Assembly (NCBI RefSeq): GCF_018350175.1
Contig: NC_058368.1
Coordinates: 102,178,001-102,242,000 of the forward strand
Length of the DNA: 64,000 bases
Direction of reading: 5' to 3'
Origin: Felis catus
Taxonomy: Eukaryota
The position numbers were made by a program, and so were the translations under genes. Below the pieces are notes generated by a model. That model saw nothing but the letters and a program-made list of their open reading frames with translations. It ran no database searches and had not been told where the DNA came from. Positions 1 through 12,980 of the stretch are shown here, piece after piece (positions within the stretch are counted from its first letter, which is position 1; every line of letters starts with the position of its first letter).

Positions 1-2
1 CA

Positions 3-175
3 GGGGCGCCTGCATGGCTCAGTCGGATAAGCATCTGACTTCGGCTCAGGTCATGTTCTCACAGTTCATGAGTTCGAGCCCCACATCGGGCTCTGTGCTG
101 ACAGCTCAGAGCCTGGAGCCTGCTTCGGATTCTGTGTTTCCCTCTCTCTCTGCCCCTCCCCTGCTCACTCTCTCC

Positions 176-225
<50 letters not shown>

Positions 226-264
226 CAAACATTAAAAAAATTTTTTTAAACATTAAAAAAAAAA
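3..264 (+). mobile_element. Can-SINE (feliform SINEC_Fc-type) with (CT)n/(CA)n tail
   Basis: GGGGCGCCTG..TGGCTCAGTCGG head (A box), GTTCGAGCCC (B box), CT-rich region, A-rich tail. Confidence 0.95.
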
Positions 265-532
265 GGAAACGTATTTGCAAACAGCTCATTGAAGCTGCAA
301 GGGAAAAAATGCATTCACTGCATTAAGTTTCAGTTAAAGTTAATAATTTGGTTTCTTAATATTGTTTACCTGTTGTTTTGTTCTGTTGGATATGTAAGCA
401 GTTTACTTACATTTTTTTTTTCTCCTTGAAAGGTTTCAGACTTTCCAGCCAAGGAGTCTTCTACTCAACAGGCTTTCTTACCCAGCCTGCAAGACAGGCA
501 AACCTTCTCCTGCAAGTTTACCGATCTCACGC

Positions 533-1080
533 TGATGGGGTTTTGGAGTGCTGGGGGTTCGGAGCTGGCGGCCAAGAAAGAATTCTGGAAGGTGTCTTTG
601 GTGCAAAAAAGGTGGCTTTATTAAAAGCACGGGGACAGGACCCGTGGGCAGAAAGAGCCGCAGTGGGGTTGTGAAGAGTGACTGCTTATATACCGTGGAG
701 TTGGGGGAGGTAAAGTCAAGAGGAAGTTTCTAAAGAAGACTCAGATTACTGGAGGTCTAACTGTCGCCAACTAACACTGTTTTTCCCTCTAGCAAAGCAT
801 TATTCTTAACACTGGAGGAAGCTCCTGGAGATGAGGCTATTGATAAGATTGCCCCTTTCTTGTAATACACCAAGAGATCTGTAAACTGCTGGAGACTCTA
901 CCCATTTAACCATTTGTTTTCTGTCCTTTGCTTTGCCCTTGGGCAGCCAGGAATGCCTGAGGAAAGTCACACACATCCCACCTGGGGGGGGGGGGGGGAA
1001 GGTCAGCTTGTGCTTTGCCTTATGCTCTGGCATCAACACGGCTTCAGGGTCCATTCCAGGGCTTGGATTTCTGTCCTGAA
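533..1080 (-). mobile_element. Carnivore ERV1-class solo LTR (CarLTR-like)
   Basis: AATAAA (tttatt ~617) and TATA-like box (~687) on the minus strand in LTR order; resembles carnivore LTR consensus from memory; right boundary approximate. Confidence 0.6.
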
Positions 1081-1549
1081 GAGGAGACACCCTTTCTCCG
1101 TCTTCCAGAGCTACCCAGTCCCCTTTATTCATACCATACGTTTTTCCCCTGGCCACAAAATAATATTAGCCCAACAGAGGCCAGTATTCTACCTAAAGAT
1201 ACTGACTGAGAGGTTGAGTAGCAGTGCCAAAGGATCCTCTCGACAGATTTTAAAAATATGGGGAGTTTTTGGTTTAAAAAATGGTTAGGTAATTAATCCG
1301 AGAGAGAGAATACTGCGTGTTGCCCCCCCCCCCCCCCAGTTATCACCCACAAACCCTGCTGATGAGACAGGACTCAGTCTATTACTTATCACAACAATGG
1401 AGAACACTGCCTTCACAGAATTTTGGTGGTAACTCAGACGCAGAAAGATCAGAATGCACTCAGAACTGGAAGTTTGCATGAAATTAGGTCTTTCGATGGG
1501 TAGACTCCATAGGTTTGGGTGAGGACCACGATGTAACAATTAAGACAAG

Positions 1550-2376
1550 TGATTAAGGGAGGAAATATCTTTCCCTCTCCTCTCTTAAGCTTAGTGATGG
1601 GGGCCTGTGAACGAAACTGACAAAAGATTCCCAGGAGGAAAACGTTTATTTGTTTGCACATGGCAGCCAGCAATAGAGGTCATAGACTCACTGAATAATT
1701 ACAGGGTTACAAACCTAACTTAGTAGGGGAAAGGGAGGTGGGAGAAAGGCTTCTGACAGAAAAAACAAATAGGTTTCTTTAAGAAAGCCATGTGGGTTTT
1801 TAGGAAAACAAATGGGAGATAACAAAAGTCTGTGATAATGGTTATCTACACACTATGAGAGGTCTTTCCTTCTCTTTCAGGGCCATAAAATTCCCCCAGA
1901 GAAAGGATTTCAATATATTTTATTCACTTTTTTTTTTCCTGCGAGTAAATCTGCCTAAAAGAAGGAATTTGGGGCAGCCTTATTTTCCAGAACTTGCTCT
2001 TTTTTTCCAGAAGTTTAGTTAGATATGGGAAGCTTCGAGATGGCTTCTCCCTGCCTCTGTTGATTCTCAATTATCTTCAAACAGAAAAATCCTTATGCGA
2101 AACGTGGCATATTTAGGGTGGCATGTTCTTTTTAAAAATTTTTTTAAATGCTTATTTATTTTTGAGACAGAGAGAGACAGAGCATGAACGGGGGAGGGGC
2201 AGAGAGAGAGGGAGACACAGAGTCGGAAACAGGCTCCAGGCTCTGAGCCATCAGCCCAGAGCCCGACGCGGGGCTCGAACTCACGGACCGCGAGATCGTG
2301 ACCTGAGCTGAAGTCGGACGCTCAACCGACTGAGCCACCCAGGCGCCCCTAGGGTGGCATGTTCTGATCTCCTTCA
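1550..2376 (-). mobile_element. MER34-family ERV1 solo LTR, interrupted by a SINE
   Basis: Minus strand begins TGAAGGAGATCAGAACATGCCACCCTAAATATGCCAC, the MER34-type 5' end; homologous to 7820-8392. Confidence 0.8.
2130..2349 (-). mobile_element. Can-SINE with perfect 16-bp TSD
   Basis: TSD TAGGGTGGCATGTTCT at 2114-2129 and 2350-2365; CpG-rich intact body. Confidence 0.97.
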
Positions 2377-2619
2377 AGTGGAAAGAGCAAGGCAAGGATC
2401 TCTGAGAGTAGGAATTCAAAGAATCTTGGGGTTTAGTAAACTGTTGATACTTTCCACTGAAGAATTTATGAGTCTTTCTGGAAAGTTCCTATAATGAACA
2501 ATCAAGTTATCTGCTTGTCCAAGATTCTTCTGGAATGGTAGCTATGTCATTAAAGACAACAGAAAAGTAAAGTCCTATTAATGCAAGCTCTATGGAGTTG
2601 GGTAGTTTAAGTCTTTAGG

Positions 2620-2661
<42 letters not shown>
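2620..2661. repeat. (TG)n microsatellite
   Basis: Read directly from sequence. Confidence 0.95.
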
Positions 2662-2663
<2 letters not shown>

Positions 2664-3269
2664 CTGAGATGAAGGGGGCACTCAACAAATGTTATTTCTT
2701 CTCCAGTCTGTAAACAGTGCAGAAAACATAATAATTGCCTACTATTGTACATTAATCTTGATAAAGTTCAAAATGCTGAGACTGCGTTCAAGACTTTTAA
2801 CCTTGTCTAAGCTACGACCTACCAGAATTTTCTGCCAACCTGGAACACTCAAGTTCCCCCTCCCCCCACTTTTCTCTGTTTCATCTTAAATTACCTTCTC
2901 TTTATGTGTGTAGTTTTGTTTTGTTTTTGTTTTTGTTTTTTTTGTTTTTTTTTTTTTTTTGCTGGTTAAATATCAACCAAAAATTATCGTTAAACCAGTA
3001 TGGACAAGGCTGAGTAAGGTGCTGGTTAGGAAATGCCTTTACTAAAGGAGTTCTCGAGGTCTTTTGTGATCTTTTTCAGAGATAGGTTTATAGTTCAACA
3101 TAGTCACCAAATTTCTTTGTATTCACTCACATTGGGAAGAAAAATTAACCTTCTTGGCACCTAATGACTACTTTGGGTATTCTACACCAGAACACAAAGA
3201 GAACAATCAGAAAGGTCTGGGCATTCCACAAGCTCCTGAATGAGTGACTGATGCTACTAGAATATGTGG

Positions 3270-3690
3270 GGAGAACCACACAAGTGGAGTCTACTAACTG
3301 CTCCATACACCAGTAATGACTGAGCTTGCGGATACAGCAAGCTCAACAGCCATCAGATCAACGTCAACTGTCCCGAAAATGAAAGCACATGGACACATCA
3401 AGAAGTCAAGTGTCAGCCACAAATACCCACCTATTTGTGGGTATTTCATAGGCAGCCTATAAAATGAACGACCTATCATCTTCAAAAATGATTAAGATCA
3501 CGAAAATCAAAGACATACTGACGAACTGTTCCACATCGAAGCGACAACTGTGACCAAGCCACGACTCTGGACTGGATCCTTTGCTATGAAGATGTTGCCA
3601 GAATAAATGGGAGAGTTTGAATCCAGTCCCTGGGCAAAGGGTGTAGAGAAGTTACTTGCAACTTCTCTGTTGTTTTGAAACGTGTTCGTT
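3270..3690 (+). mobile_element. Ancient L1 (L1MC/L1ME-type) 3' UTR fragment
   Basis: Typical motifs ATCTTCAAAAATG..AAGATCACGAAAATCAAAGA..GAACTGTTCCA..CTGGACTGGATCC. Confidence 0.6.
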
Positions 3691-3834
3691 CCTTTTCTCC
3701 CCTGAATTCGAGTTTATTTACATGTTGTCTTCCTGTCTAGTTCATCTGCTGTTTGACTTCAGGATCCACAACCGGTTCAGTCTCCTCAGTGCCTGGAGCC
3801 TTGTAAACCTTTCTAATTGTTGCGGAAGACAGGC

Positions 3835-3893
3835 GGAGAGGGAGAGGGAGAGGGAGAGGGAGGGCAGGGAGAGGGAGGGGAGAGAGAGGGAAG
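3835..3893. repeat. (GGGAGA)n-like polypurine tract
   Basis: Read directly from sequence. Confidence 0.9.
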
Positions 3894-6364
3894 CCAAAAG
3901 TAGACATGTTACCCTCTCTGCCAGACAGTTCAGTTGGGCTAGGTTCCTAGATGACACTGGGCTGGATAATGATTGTGGAAAATTCTATCCTTGCTTTACT
4001 TAAAGTGTCTCTGGAGGAAAGAAAAATCATTGAAGTGTGTTTTTGGACCAGCTTGTCATTAAGCTGGAAAAAGCTATTTTGTTGCCTTAATTAGTTTTAT
4101 TGTTTTGACATTTTAGCTTTTTAAAGGCTTTCTGCTGGAATTCAAGTGCAGGATTTCATTGCCACCGAGCCTATTTTAATGAATGATTATTATACAAATG
4201 AACCTGCTAATAGGATCCTTTTTTTTCCCCCCCAGAAAACAAACAAAATCCACATGGAAAGGCTCAAGGGCACCCACTTTATATTAAACCTGTTTGTTGC
4301 TGCCTTCCTTAAAAAACAACCCCCCCCCAAAAAAACCCCCCAAAACAAGACCAAAACAAACAAGAAAAAAACACCAAACCTTAGTACTGCTAGAAAAATC
4401 TAAATGGAAGTTACGGTAACTCAACACATTAGTAATGCAGGGTACTTACTGAGGAGGACCCGTCTACCTGATTTTTTTCTCCCATTAGAAGAACAGTACA
4501 ATAATGCTGGTAAAATAATGCATTCCTGGAGGGTCCTCAGTTTGTGCAGAGCTACCTTTTAAGGACACGGATTCTCTGCCTCTCCTTTTCTTAAAACCTA
4601 GCCTTTTCCGTGTGAATCTGTCACCTGTCCTCAGTGGCCATGCCTCCGATAAGCCGCCGGCCACGCAAAACACAAGATCGCGCTCCTGAAAGAAACGCCC
4701 CACCCATCAGCCCATAAACAATGACAGCATTTGTGGGAGCTAACCCTCCCCCAGATTTCAATGAATTACCATTACCACTTCCTAGGGGACGCCTGGGCAT
4801 ATCACCCAGCAGGATTCCAGTTACAAGAGCACGGTAAACAATTAGACCTCATTTACATGTTGCAATTAGGTTTCACTTACATTTGACTGTGATTTTTTAC
4901 ACGCATCAAAGGCTTTATTCCACATCTTTACTAAATCCACAAACCGTGAATTTAAGCATCCCGTATTTTTGACATGTTATTCCACACGCTAACCGTCGGT
5001 CGTCTCCATTTGGTTGAACAAAGGCTAAGAATTATACAAGAGTGTGCCCAATGACTCTGAAATCTAAAAGCTAAGCTAAATCATTTACAGTGGCTTCGTC
5101 AAAGCCTGAGAGATGAAATGCAAATTTCCTCTGGTGTTAAATAAAATATGTTTAACTCATGTCATGGATTCTAAAGGTCTCCCTGGATAGATTTCTGAAG
5201 GTCTGTCAGTTTATTAGGGCACAGATGATATCCATCAATTGGAAATCAATACTTACTGCTGAGTTCTAATTATAAATTATTGGGAAAATGCAGGTGGTAA
5301 ATAGGCCGGGCATTTCTTGCTAATAGTTTGAAATCAAATTGGTTTGATTTCTAGCATGTGAGCTGAGAGAGAATTTTTTTGTTCATGTGTATATAAAATG
5401 GGTTTGATTTCCAGTAGGCGAGCGGAGAAAGAATTTTTTTGTTCCTATGTATTTGCTTTTAATCCCGATTTTTTTTTTTCAAGGCTTGGCTGCCAGAGGA
5501 AAAGTTTCTCTCTGTGGATTGTTGCATTTTAAACCCTGGGAAACAGTGCTCTACGAATCCAATATGATGATGTTCATAGAGAAATAACATGCATTTACAT
5601 TTTATCGGTACAAATGCGAAGGAGTTTTTCTGTCTCTTTTCTTTCCTTTTCATGGTCACTTTACTCCCAGACATACAACAGGATGCATGCATTAGCCTTT
5701 TAAAACATTTTCTATACCGAATTTCAATTGCTTTGCTTTTTCAAAGTTCCTCATCCTGCATTTATGCCTATATAATAAAGCCAGCCTCCTTCCTTCTCGT
5801 AGAAGTATATAAAAGAATTTTACACTCAGCAAAATAAGCTGAAACTTCAGATGGAAAAAGAGGTTCTTTTTCACACGGGCTGTCTCACTTCTCCACTACA
5901 TTCTGCCGCTAATGTTATTTACAAGGTTGTTATTCAAAAAATTGGCTTTGTTTGCCTCGTCAGCAGGGGAGAAGGAGTCCATTTCCAGGACTAATTCTTT
6001 ATACTCAGCATTTGCATTAGATCCTGGGAGCTTTCCCCAGTTACCTGCTATTGATTCATTTGTGCCTTCAGGCCAGTATTTAGTGGGTGGCCATGTACCG
6101 GGCACCAAGCACAAATAAGACAGCCTCATTTGCGCTGTCTTGGTACCCAGGGTCTAGTAGTAAAACACGACAACATAGAATGACACTCACTGTGGCAGTC
6201 GAAAAGAGGTACTTGGCAAGTACCATGGGAATGTCATACGGGATGCATGCTACTGGAGGGATGTCTATAGCCTTTCCACTACGGGCACTGGGAAAATCAG
6301 GGGAGGGGGAAAATTCCAGACCGTCTCCAATCCTACTTCCCCGATGGCTTATTAAAAAGGGGAA

Positions 6365-6585
6365 GGGGTGCCTCGGTGGCTCAGTTTGTGAAGCGTCTGG
6401 CTCCTGATTTTGACCCAGGGCATGACCTCACAGGTTGCGGGATCAAGTCCCACGTCGGGCTCTGCGCTCCGTGCTGATAGCATGGAACCTGCTTAGGATT
6501 CTCATTCTCCCCCTCTCTCTGCCCCTCCCCAGCTCATGCTCATGCATGCTCTCTCTTTCTCAAAACAAATAGGCATTATTTTAAA
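6365..6585 (+). mobile_element. Older Can-SINE
   Basis: GGGGTGCCTCGGTGGCTCAG head, diverged body, CT tract and short tail. Confidence 0.9.
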
Positions 6586-7819
6586 AGTGGTGAAGACCAA
6601 ACAAACAAATAAAAGCACACAAACAAGAAAACCCAGAGACTACAGGGACAGTTACATACCAGCTCATGAGAATGGAGGACACAGGGCTACACCTGTGACT
6701 CAAGCTCTGTCAATCTACAATCCTCACATCGGTGATTAGGCCAGAACTGGCACATCCTCAGACACGAGTAAATTACCTAAGATCCTACCTCTTCTTTTTG
6801 GCAAAGACTTCAAAGGAGACTGTATGCCTCAGGAAGTTATTAATAATTTACTTTTAGTCATGCGAAAACGGTAATTCTACTCACAGAGTCAAATATCATA
6901 GAGAGGTTGCACATGCAAAAATAAAAATATCAGAACAGTTCAGGCCATCAGTTCACAGTGCTAACCAAACATTCTATCATATAGCATAAAATCTCCCCGC
7001 ATACACATACATGCACTACATACACATGCCTATGTGTGCACATCAAACATACAGACCTATACACGTGGGAATTATATGCATGGCAACACGGAGAGATGCA
7101 AACCCAAATATACCTACACAGAATATCATTTAAAAACAGCATGATGGGTATAACATAACAAAAAAATACGCACTAGCTACTCGAATTTCAATACAGTTTC
7201 ACAAACATTGTTGCCATGGATCTTTACCAACTTCCCTCTTGGTTGATGTCCTCCATATTGGTGATAACCCAAACATGGTGCCTACATCCCCAAAGCCCAC
7301 GCAGGTTTTCTAACTCCAACGTCTGCTCTATACAGTTGGGTGACACTCGCTCACTGTGACCTGTACCAAAAAGCAGATTAGGTAGGAAATGCAAGTTGAG
7401 GGACAGGGAAAGGAATGCTACAAATGCATCTTGGAACCATCTTGGAACCATTTTAGACACACTTATTCTCCTGATAACCACTGAAAGGTCCATGTGAGCC
7501 AACTTTATTGACTGGACCATCTCAGCTACCTCTGTAGGTCAAGAGCAGGGAAGCTTCATCCTCAAAACCCTTTTATGAATTCCATGAAGCTCTATTTAGG
7601 ATTTTGTCTGTGTACAAAGTAGAAAAACATGAAATGAGAAAACTTAGTATCAATCCCAGACCCATTTCTTCCTGGCTGTGAAATACTATATATGAATCTT
7701 AACTCAGTCTCAGTTTCTTCCTATATAAATAGCACGTCAATCCACCTTTGAGTTTTGTAGTGTGTGTGTGTGCGTGCGTGTGTGTGTATACGTTAAGAAA
7801 ATAATAGACATGATCACTT

Positions 7820-8392
7820 TGTAGGGGAGGGAAAACATCTTTCCCTCTACCCATGTTAGGTTCTCTGGCAGAGGCCCCCATAAGTGAGAGTGATAAAAGA
7901 CAGATTAACACCGGAGAGGGAAACAGAAGTTTATTGACATGTGCATCGCGCACACACGAGAATACCTCATGATGAATCGATCAAAGGGGTTGCTAACACT
8001 TGGGTTCATACAGCATCATGACAAAAGAACAATAAATTTTTACTGGATTAACAAGAAAAGGGAAAAGGGCTTTGAGCCCTCACAGTGAACAAATTCTAGG
8101 AAGGCAATATATTGGGGAAACCAATGGCAGTTATAGGCCAGTTTAAGCAAGGTCTGTTATGTAGCTTCCTGCGACTCTGTTCCAGGCTGATGAGGGTCTA
8201 GAGTTGTCTCTGATGGTTAAGTTCTGTCCTTCCTGGTAGAGGAGAACCCTTTACAAACGCATATTCTGCTTTTAGCCAAATAGAGGGAGGGCAGAGAGGT
8301 TTTCTTTCATCTGCTTCTTCTCAATTGCCTTCAGCTCAAAATAGTCAGGCTAAACTGACATATTTTGGGTTGGCATATTGTGCTACACTTCA
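7820..8392 (-). mobile_element. MER34-family ERV1 solo LTR
   Basis: TG...CA termini, near 4-bp TSD (ACTT/ACTC), minus strand carries AATATGCCAACCCAAAATATG..TTTTGAGCTGAAGGCAATTGAGAAGAAGCAGATG and AATAAA. Confidence 0.85.
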
Positions 8393-9599
8393 ACTCCATT
8401 GGCTATAAGGTACTAGAAAAATTCAAAATGTTATTATTGCTACCCCAATCATATTATCATCACACAGTAAACACAGTGCCTAAATATGGATGATGCGATG
8501 CCAGATCTAAACAGATAGAGATGAGCAGAGATGATCTCACCCTGTGCAGATTTACGTTCTAAAATATTTATCCTTTGACCAGATTAATTCTCTCACCCAT
8601 AAGGTATTTTACCTTTCCTTGACCCGCTATTTCAGCATAGCCTTGAAAACTCATTTATCAAACAGTTTAGGGGTATAGCAATGTTGCAAAGCTGAGATGT
8701 ACTTTCTACAGCACGCCCGGTTTTGTGAAAACATGGCTTTTATATGTTTACACGAATACGCATTAACCACGTCTGGCAAGAGGCCGATTGTGTTGTGAGC
8801 TTACGCACCCTGCTTTTTTTCCGTCCTCCGTAAGTTCATCATCCATGGATCATCACATGGTTCTTTCCATTCGTGGTCACAAGAATAATGATTTTTTTTT
8901 TCCTCTCTGATCAGATACTCAAGCTTACAAATTGGATACGGTGGCAGTTTTCCTCCATCTGGCATGTAAGCAATAGACTTGGCAAGCGCAGGTTTTATAT
9001 TATTCAGTGGTGAGATTGACAGTCTTGCGGCGTCAGAAATGGATACAGTAGATTCAGCTGCCATGTCGAATCAGATGGAAAGTCTATCCTTGTTTGTGAT
9101 CTGATGAGGACGGAGGAGTCAGCATTGTGGTATTACATTCTCCAGTTGAAATCAAGTGATAGAAATTTATAACTTTCCCAAGGTATCATTTATCTAGCTG
9201 TGGGGTTATCCATGGAAAGAGTTACTCAGCCTTAAAGAGTTGCATTTCTACAACGCCTAAAGCAATGAATCTCTAATCACGGTAACCACAACTCTACGAG
9301 GCTTCACATGGACCAACAGATCGGCTCTGTGCCTCACATGTGTGGTTGATCAAGTTGAAAGAATGAGTTTTGTCAATTACGTAATGTGCGTTTGATACAT
9401 TCACTGGTGAATTATATGAAGTGAGAAGAAGAATTTGTCCATGAGGGGCTCCACCTGTGGAACATACTGCATATACTCATCTGATAGCACTATCTTCCCC
9501 CAAAGAGAGGCATAAGTTAAGAAAAAAAAAAAAAAGATCTTCAGGATAATCATTAAAATACAATCAGAAATGTGAACAGTGTTCTTAGTTCAAAGATCT

Positions 9600-9951
9600 C
9601 CAACACAGATCAATTACAACAAAAAAAGAACAAGTAAATGTCCAACAACGTAGGAATGAATAAATGCATCCTGGTCTACAAGTATGGTGAAATATAATGG
9701 TGCCATTAAAAGGATTATAATTTTGATGAAAAATGCCTATCACTAAATTAAATAAGTCAGGGTATAAAGCTGTATGTACATTACAGCTTTCACTATGGGA
9801 GAAATGTGTATGTGTGGACCAAAAATGGTCACAAAATACAACTAAGTATGTTTTAGAGTTATTACTGGTAATAGAAATATCAGTGCTTCTTTCTTTCCGT
9901 GATTTTTTTTCATTTTTCCATTTTTTTCTCCAGTGGAAATGCATTACTTCT
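9600..9951 (+). mobile_element. Ancient L1M 3' UTR fragment (host of the composite SINE insertion)
   Basis: AAATGTCCAACAA..GAATAAAT..GCCATTAAAA and terminal ATGCATTACTTCT motif typical of L1ME/MC 3' ends. Confidence 0.6.
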
Positions 9952-9985
9952 TTTTAAATTTTTTTTCTTTTCACATTTATTGATT

Positions 9986-10021
<36 letters not shown>

Positions 10022-10188
10022 CGGGATCAGGGGTGGGGCAGAGAGAGAGGGAGACACAGAATCCGAAGCAGGCTCCAGGCTCTGAGCTGTCAGCACAGAG
10101 CCTGACGCGGGGCTGGAACCCACGAACTGTAAGATTATGACCTGAGCGGATGTCAGACACTCAGCTGACTGAGCCACCCAGGCGCCCC
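9952..10188 (-). mobile_element. Can-SINE (3' unit of composite insertion)
   Basis: Reverse-complement SINE head ends GGCGCCCC at 10188; (GA)n and T-rich tail on plus strand. Confidence 0.95.
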
Positions 10189-10253
10189 TGGCTTCTTTCA
10201 CTTAGCCACACATTTCCAGGTTTCATCCATGGTGTAGCATGTATTGGCACCTC

Positions 10254-10469
10254 TTTTTTTCAAACGTTTTATTTATTTTTGAGAGAGACAGATCATGAGT
10301 CGGGGAGGGGCAGACAGCGAATGGGACACAGGATGCGAAGCAGGCTCTACATTCTGAGCTCTCAGCACAGAGGCCGATGCAGGGCTTGAACTCCCAAACC
10401 ATGAGATCAATGAGATCATGAGCTGAGCCAAAGTCGGATGTGCAACCCATTGAGCCACCCAGGCACCCC
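10254..10469 (-). mobile_element. Can-SINE (5' unit of composite insertion)
   Basis: Head ends AGGCACCCC at 10469; separated from the previous SINE by 65 bp of L1 3'UTR-like sequence. Confidence 0.95.
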
Positions 10470-12739
10470 GGAAATGTATTACTTCTATATTCAGGGGGTG
10501 GGGGTGGGAGGGAATGAGCGGAATTAAAATAAAGCCCTTGACACTGACCTATTGTGATGATTGGCTGGGATGACCTTGCATATAAACTTGCGCGTTGCTA
10601 TTTACCCTTTTCAAAAACACCCTCCCGTGAATTTTAAAAAGGTAACATGCTCTTTGAGGCATTTCTTTAATTTATAAAAATAAATAGGACATGCGCAAAA
10701 GATGCACGCATGCCTACTTCTGCCAGTTTTAAGGGCCAAAAAACAACTTTCCCTTGCAATAGCCCACATTTCCCTCTCCGCCATGCATCTCTAGAAGGGG
10801 CTCTGGCCTGGCCCCCAGGCAGCAAGCAATCCCACCGGGTACTGACTGACCCTCCTACCCTGTGCCCTGAGGCAGCTAGGGAATTTCTGACCTGTTCTGT
10901 TCATTTTATTAATCATCAACACTTCGGCTATAAGACATGTTGCTGTTGAAATAATTTCACCTATGGGGTTCATTTGGCTTTAATCATTCACTTCAGCTTT
11001 CAATCCCTTCCTCTCTATCCCCATCAGAAAACTTCTCAAGCCTCCAGCCTGGCATGGAGATTAGCGTTGAGGGCTGTGGGTTCCATCAGCCTCTAGGCTT
11101 CATTATGATCCACGACGTGATGACAGTATGTGATTTGCCCCAGCGCACTCTGAAGTGACTTGCTGTTGTGGTTCAGGACGGCAGCAAGAATTTCTGAGAA
11201 GCTACATTCCTGTTGAGAGTGCACCTTTTACAACACCAGGTTTCTCACCGATTTGGTCGAAAATTCAGTTTATATATGACCAGCTCCACCATGAGACCAA
11301 CCTACACCACTGTGTACAGGGTCACGCTGGCTTAAAATGAAAATCTTAATTATCCTTTGATTTTGTAGGACTTGCTTAACAAAGTTTTGGATATATTTTT
11401 ATTTGGCTCAGTAGTGTGTGTGTGCGTGTGTGTGTGCGCGCGCACGCGCGTGCACGCAGATATCGAAGATGAAGACAAAAGATGGAAAAATAGTTTTTCA
11501 AGAGAACGCTGAAACGTACGAAGCGTATTCGTTGCTTTCTACTTTTTGTTGTACACATGGGGCTACCTGACACACTGAATTCCTTTGCAGGAATCAGATA
11601 TATGCCTTCCGCGTCTAAGGTAAGACCACAGAATCTCACCTTCAGTTTTTGTTTCCATTGGGCACCTACAGGCAGGGAAAGCACGCTATGTTTTCAGCCC
11701 ATTTACCTTAATTTCCCAGAGATCCAGTCATGACCTCCAGACGGGTCTTGGAAAGATGGCACTGGAAAGATGGCGGCTCAAGGATATGCCGCCCTTTATA
11801 GGACTTTCTCTTGGATCTACTGACACAAAGCTCTCTTCACACCCAGCTCCGGAAACGAATGACACAGAATTTCGCAGGACACCAGACCACTACTCTGCAG
11901 TTCATTGCCTTCTTTTCTTCTAGACTACCACTTCAAATCCAAGCAGCTTTTCCTGAGTCGTTTTCTTGACTTAATCGTGTACTTTGCATAAGCAGTCACT
12001 GGCCGAACATAGTCGTAAGAACATACAGATTGATTACTCTTGTTCCTGTGATGGCTTGTTCTTCATTCCTCATCTTAACCTTCTAACTTAAAGCGGGGTC
12101 CTCTCTGAATTAAAATTATTGGAGAAACATAAAAAATCATGTCGTCGTCTTTTCTGCCTTGGTAACACAGGACTCCTAGCATTGAAAAACGCTAGAAAAC
12201 AGCTCACCGTTTTGAACAACAACTTTTCTGTAGACATAGCAAGCATGATATCCTTGTTGAAATTTAGTAGCGTGCAAGTGTTGAACCTGGTTTTGGCCAC
12301 GAGCAGGTTTCTTGTATCCTGTCCCATCCCAATTCGTCACCAAGAAGACTGGCGTACTTATGGTTGCTACTAGACTTAAGGCTGGTAATGAAGAAGGATG
12401 AGATATGTGGACCGTGGACCAGCCCATCCACTATCTGCCCACCAACAGAGCCAACTTTTGGATTAAGAAAAAAAAAAAAAAATTTATAGTAGGTGGAGTT
12501 GGAATTCAATTCTACTGCAAAACTCAGACCAAATGCATTATCTAAACTGTTCTGAAAGATGCACTACTTAATTCTAAATCAATTCAATTGAAAAGTTTCA
12601 CGGAGCTAGATGTAAGGCATGTGAAATCGATGCTAAGCAAAATGGGCCTTTAGAAAGTAACTAAAGCTTGGAAAAGGAGAAAATCTGATGAAATGCCCAA
12701 GAATCAATGCATAGCTCTTGAGAACAGTCACCCAGCTTA

Positions 12740-12980
12740 GTGTTTGCGGCAGAGTTTAAAGCAGCGATCTGGAGCTCACTGCTTGGGTTCAGATACTGTC
12801 TGTCTCCCGCTCCAAGAATCCGGATAACTGATTTAATCTCTCTTAGCCTCAGGGCATCATTGGGAGAATGGGACCAATCATCTCTCTGACCTCCTAGGGC
12901 GATACAGATTAAATGAACACAGGTAAAGTACCTAGACAATGACCTAGTACGCGGTAAGTACCTCATAAATACCATCAACT
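12740..12980 (+). mobile_element. MIR
   Basis: MIR core and tail: TGGGTTCAGAT..TTAATCTCTCTTAGCCTCAG..GATTAAATGA..GTAAAGTACCTAG. Confidence 0.75.

Noticed and set aside
5896..6129. Minus-strand ORF that looked like a terminal coding exon with a 3' UTR to AATAAA near 4100
   Set aside because: The putative acceptor at ~6045 has no polypyrimidine tract, no protein is recognisable and no upstream exon chain was found.
8801..9064. 87-aa ATG ORF ending at a GTAAG donor-like site
   Set aside because: No recognisable homology, contains an A10 run, and ORFs of this length are expected by chance.
11770..11823. AAGATGGCGGC followed by MAAQGY..YRT, reminiscent of the SLC37A4 N-terminus
   Set aside because: Stops after 17 codons with no further similarity; more likely chance or a YY1-type motif (also at 14158-14168).
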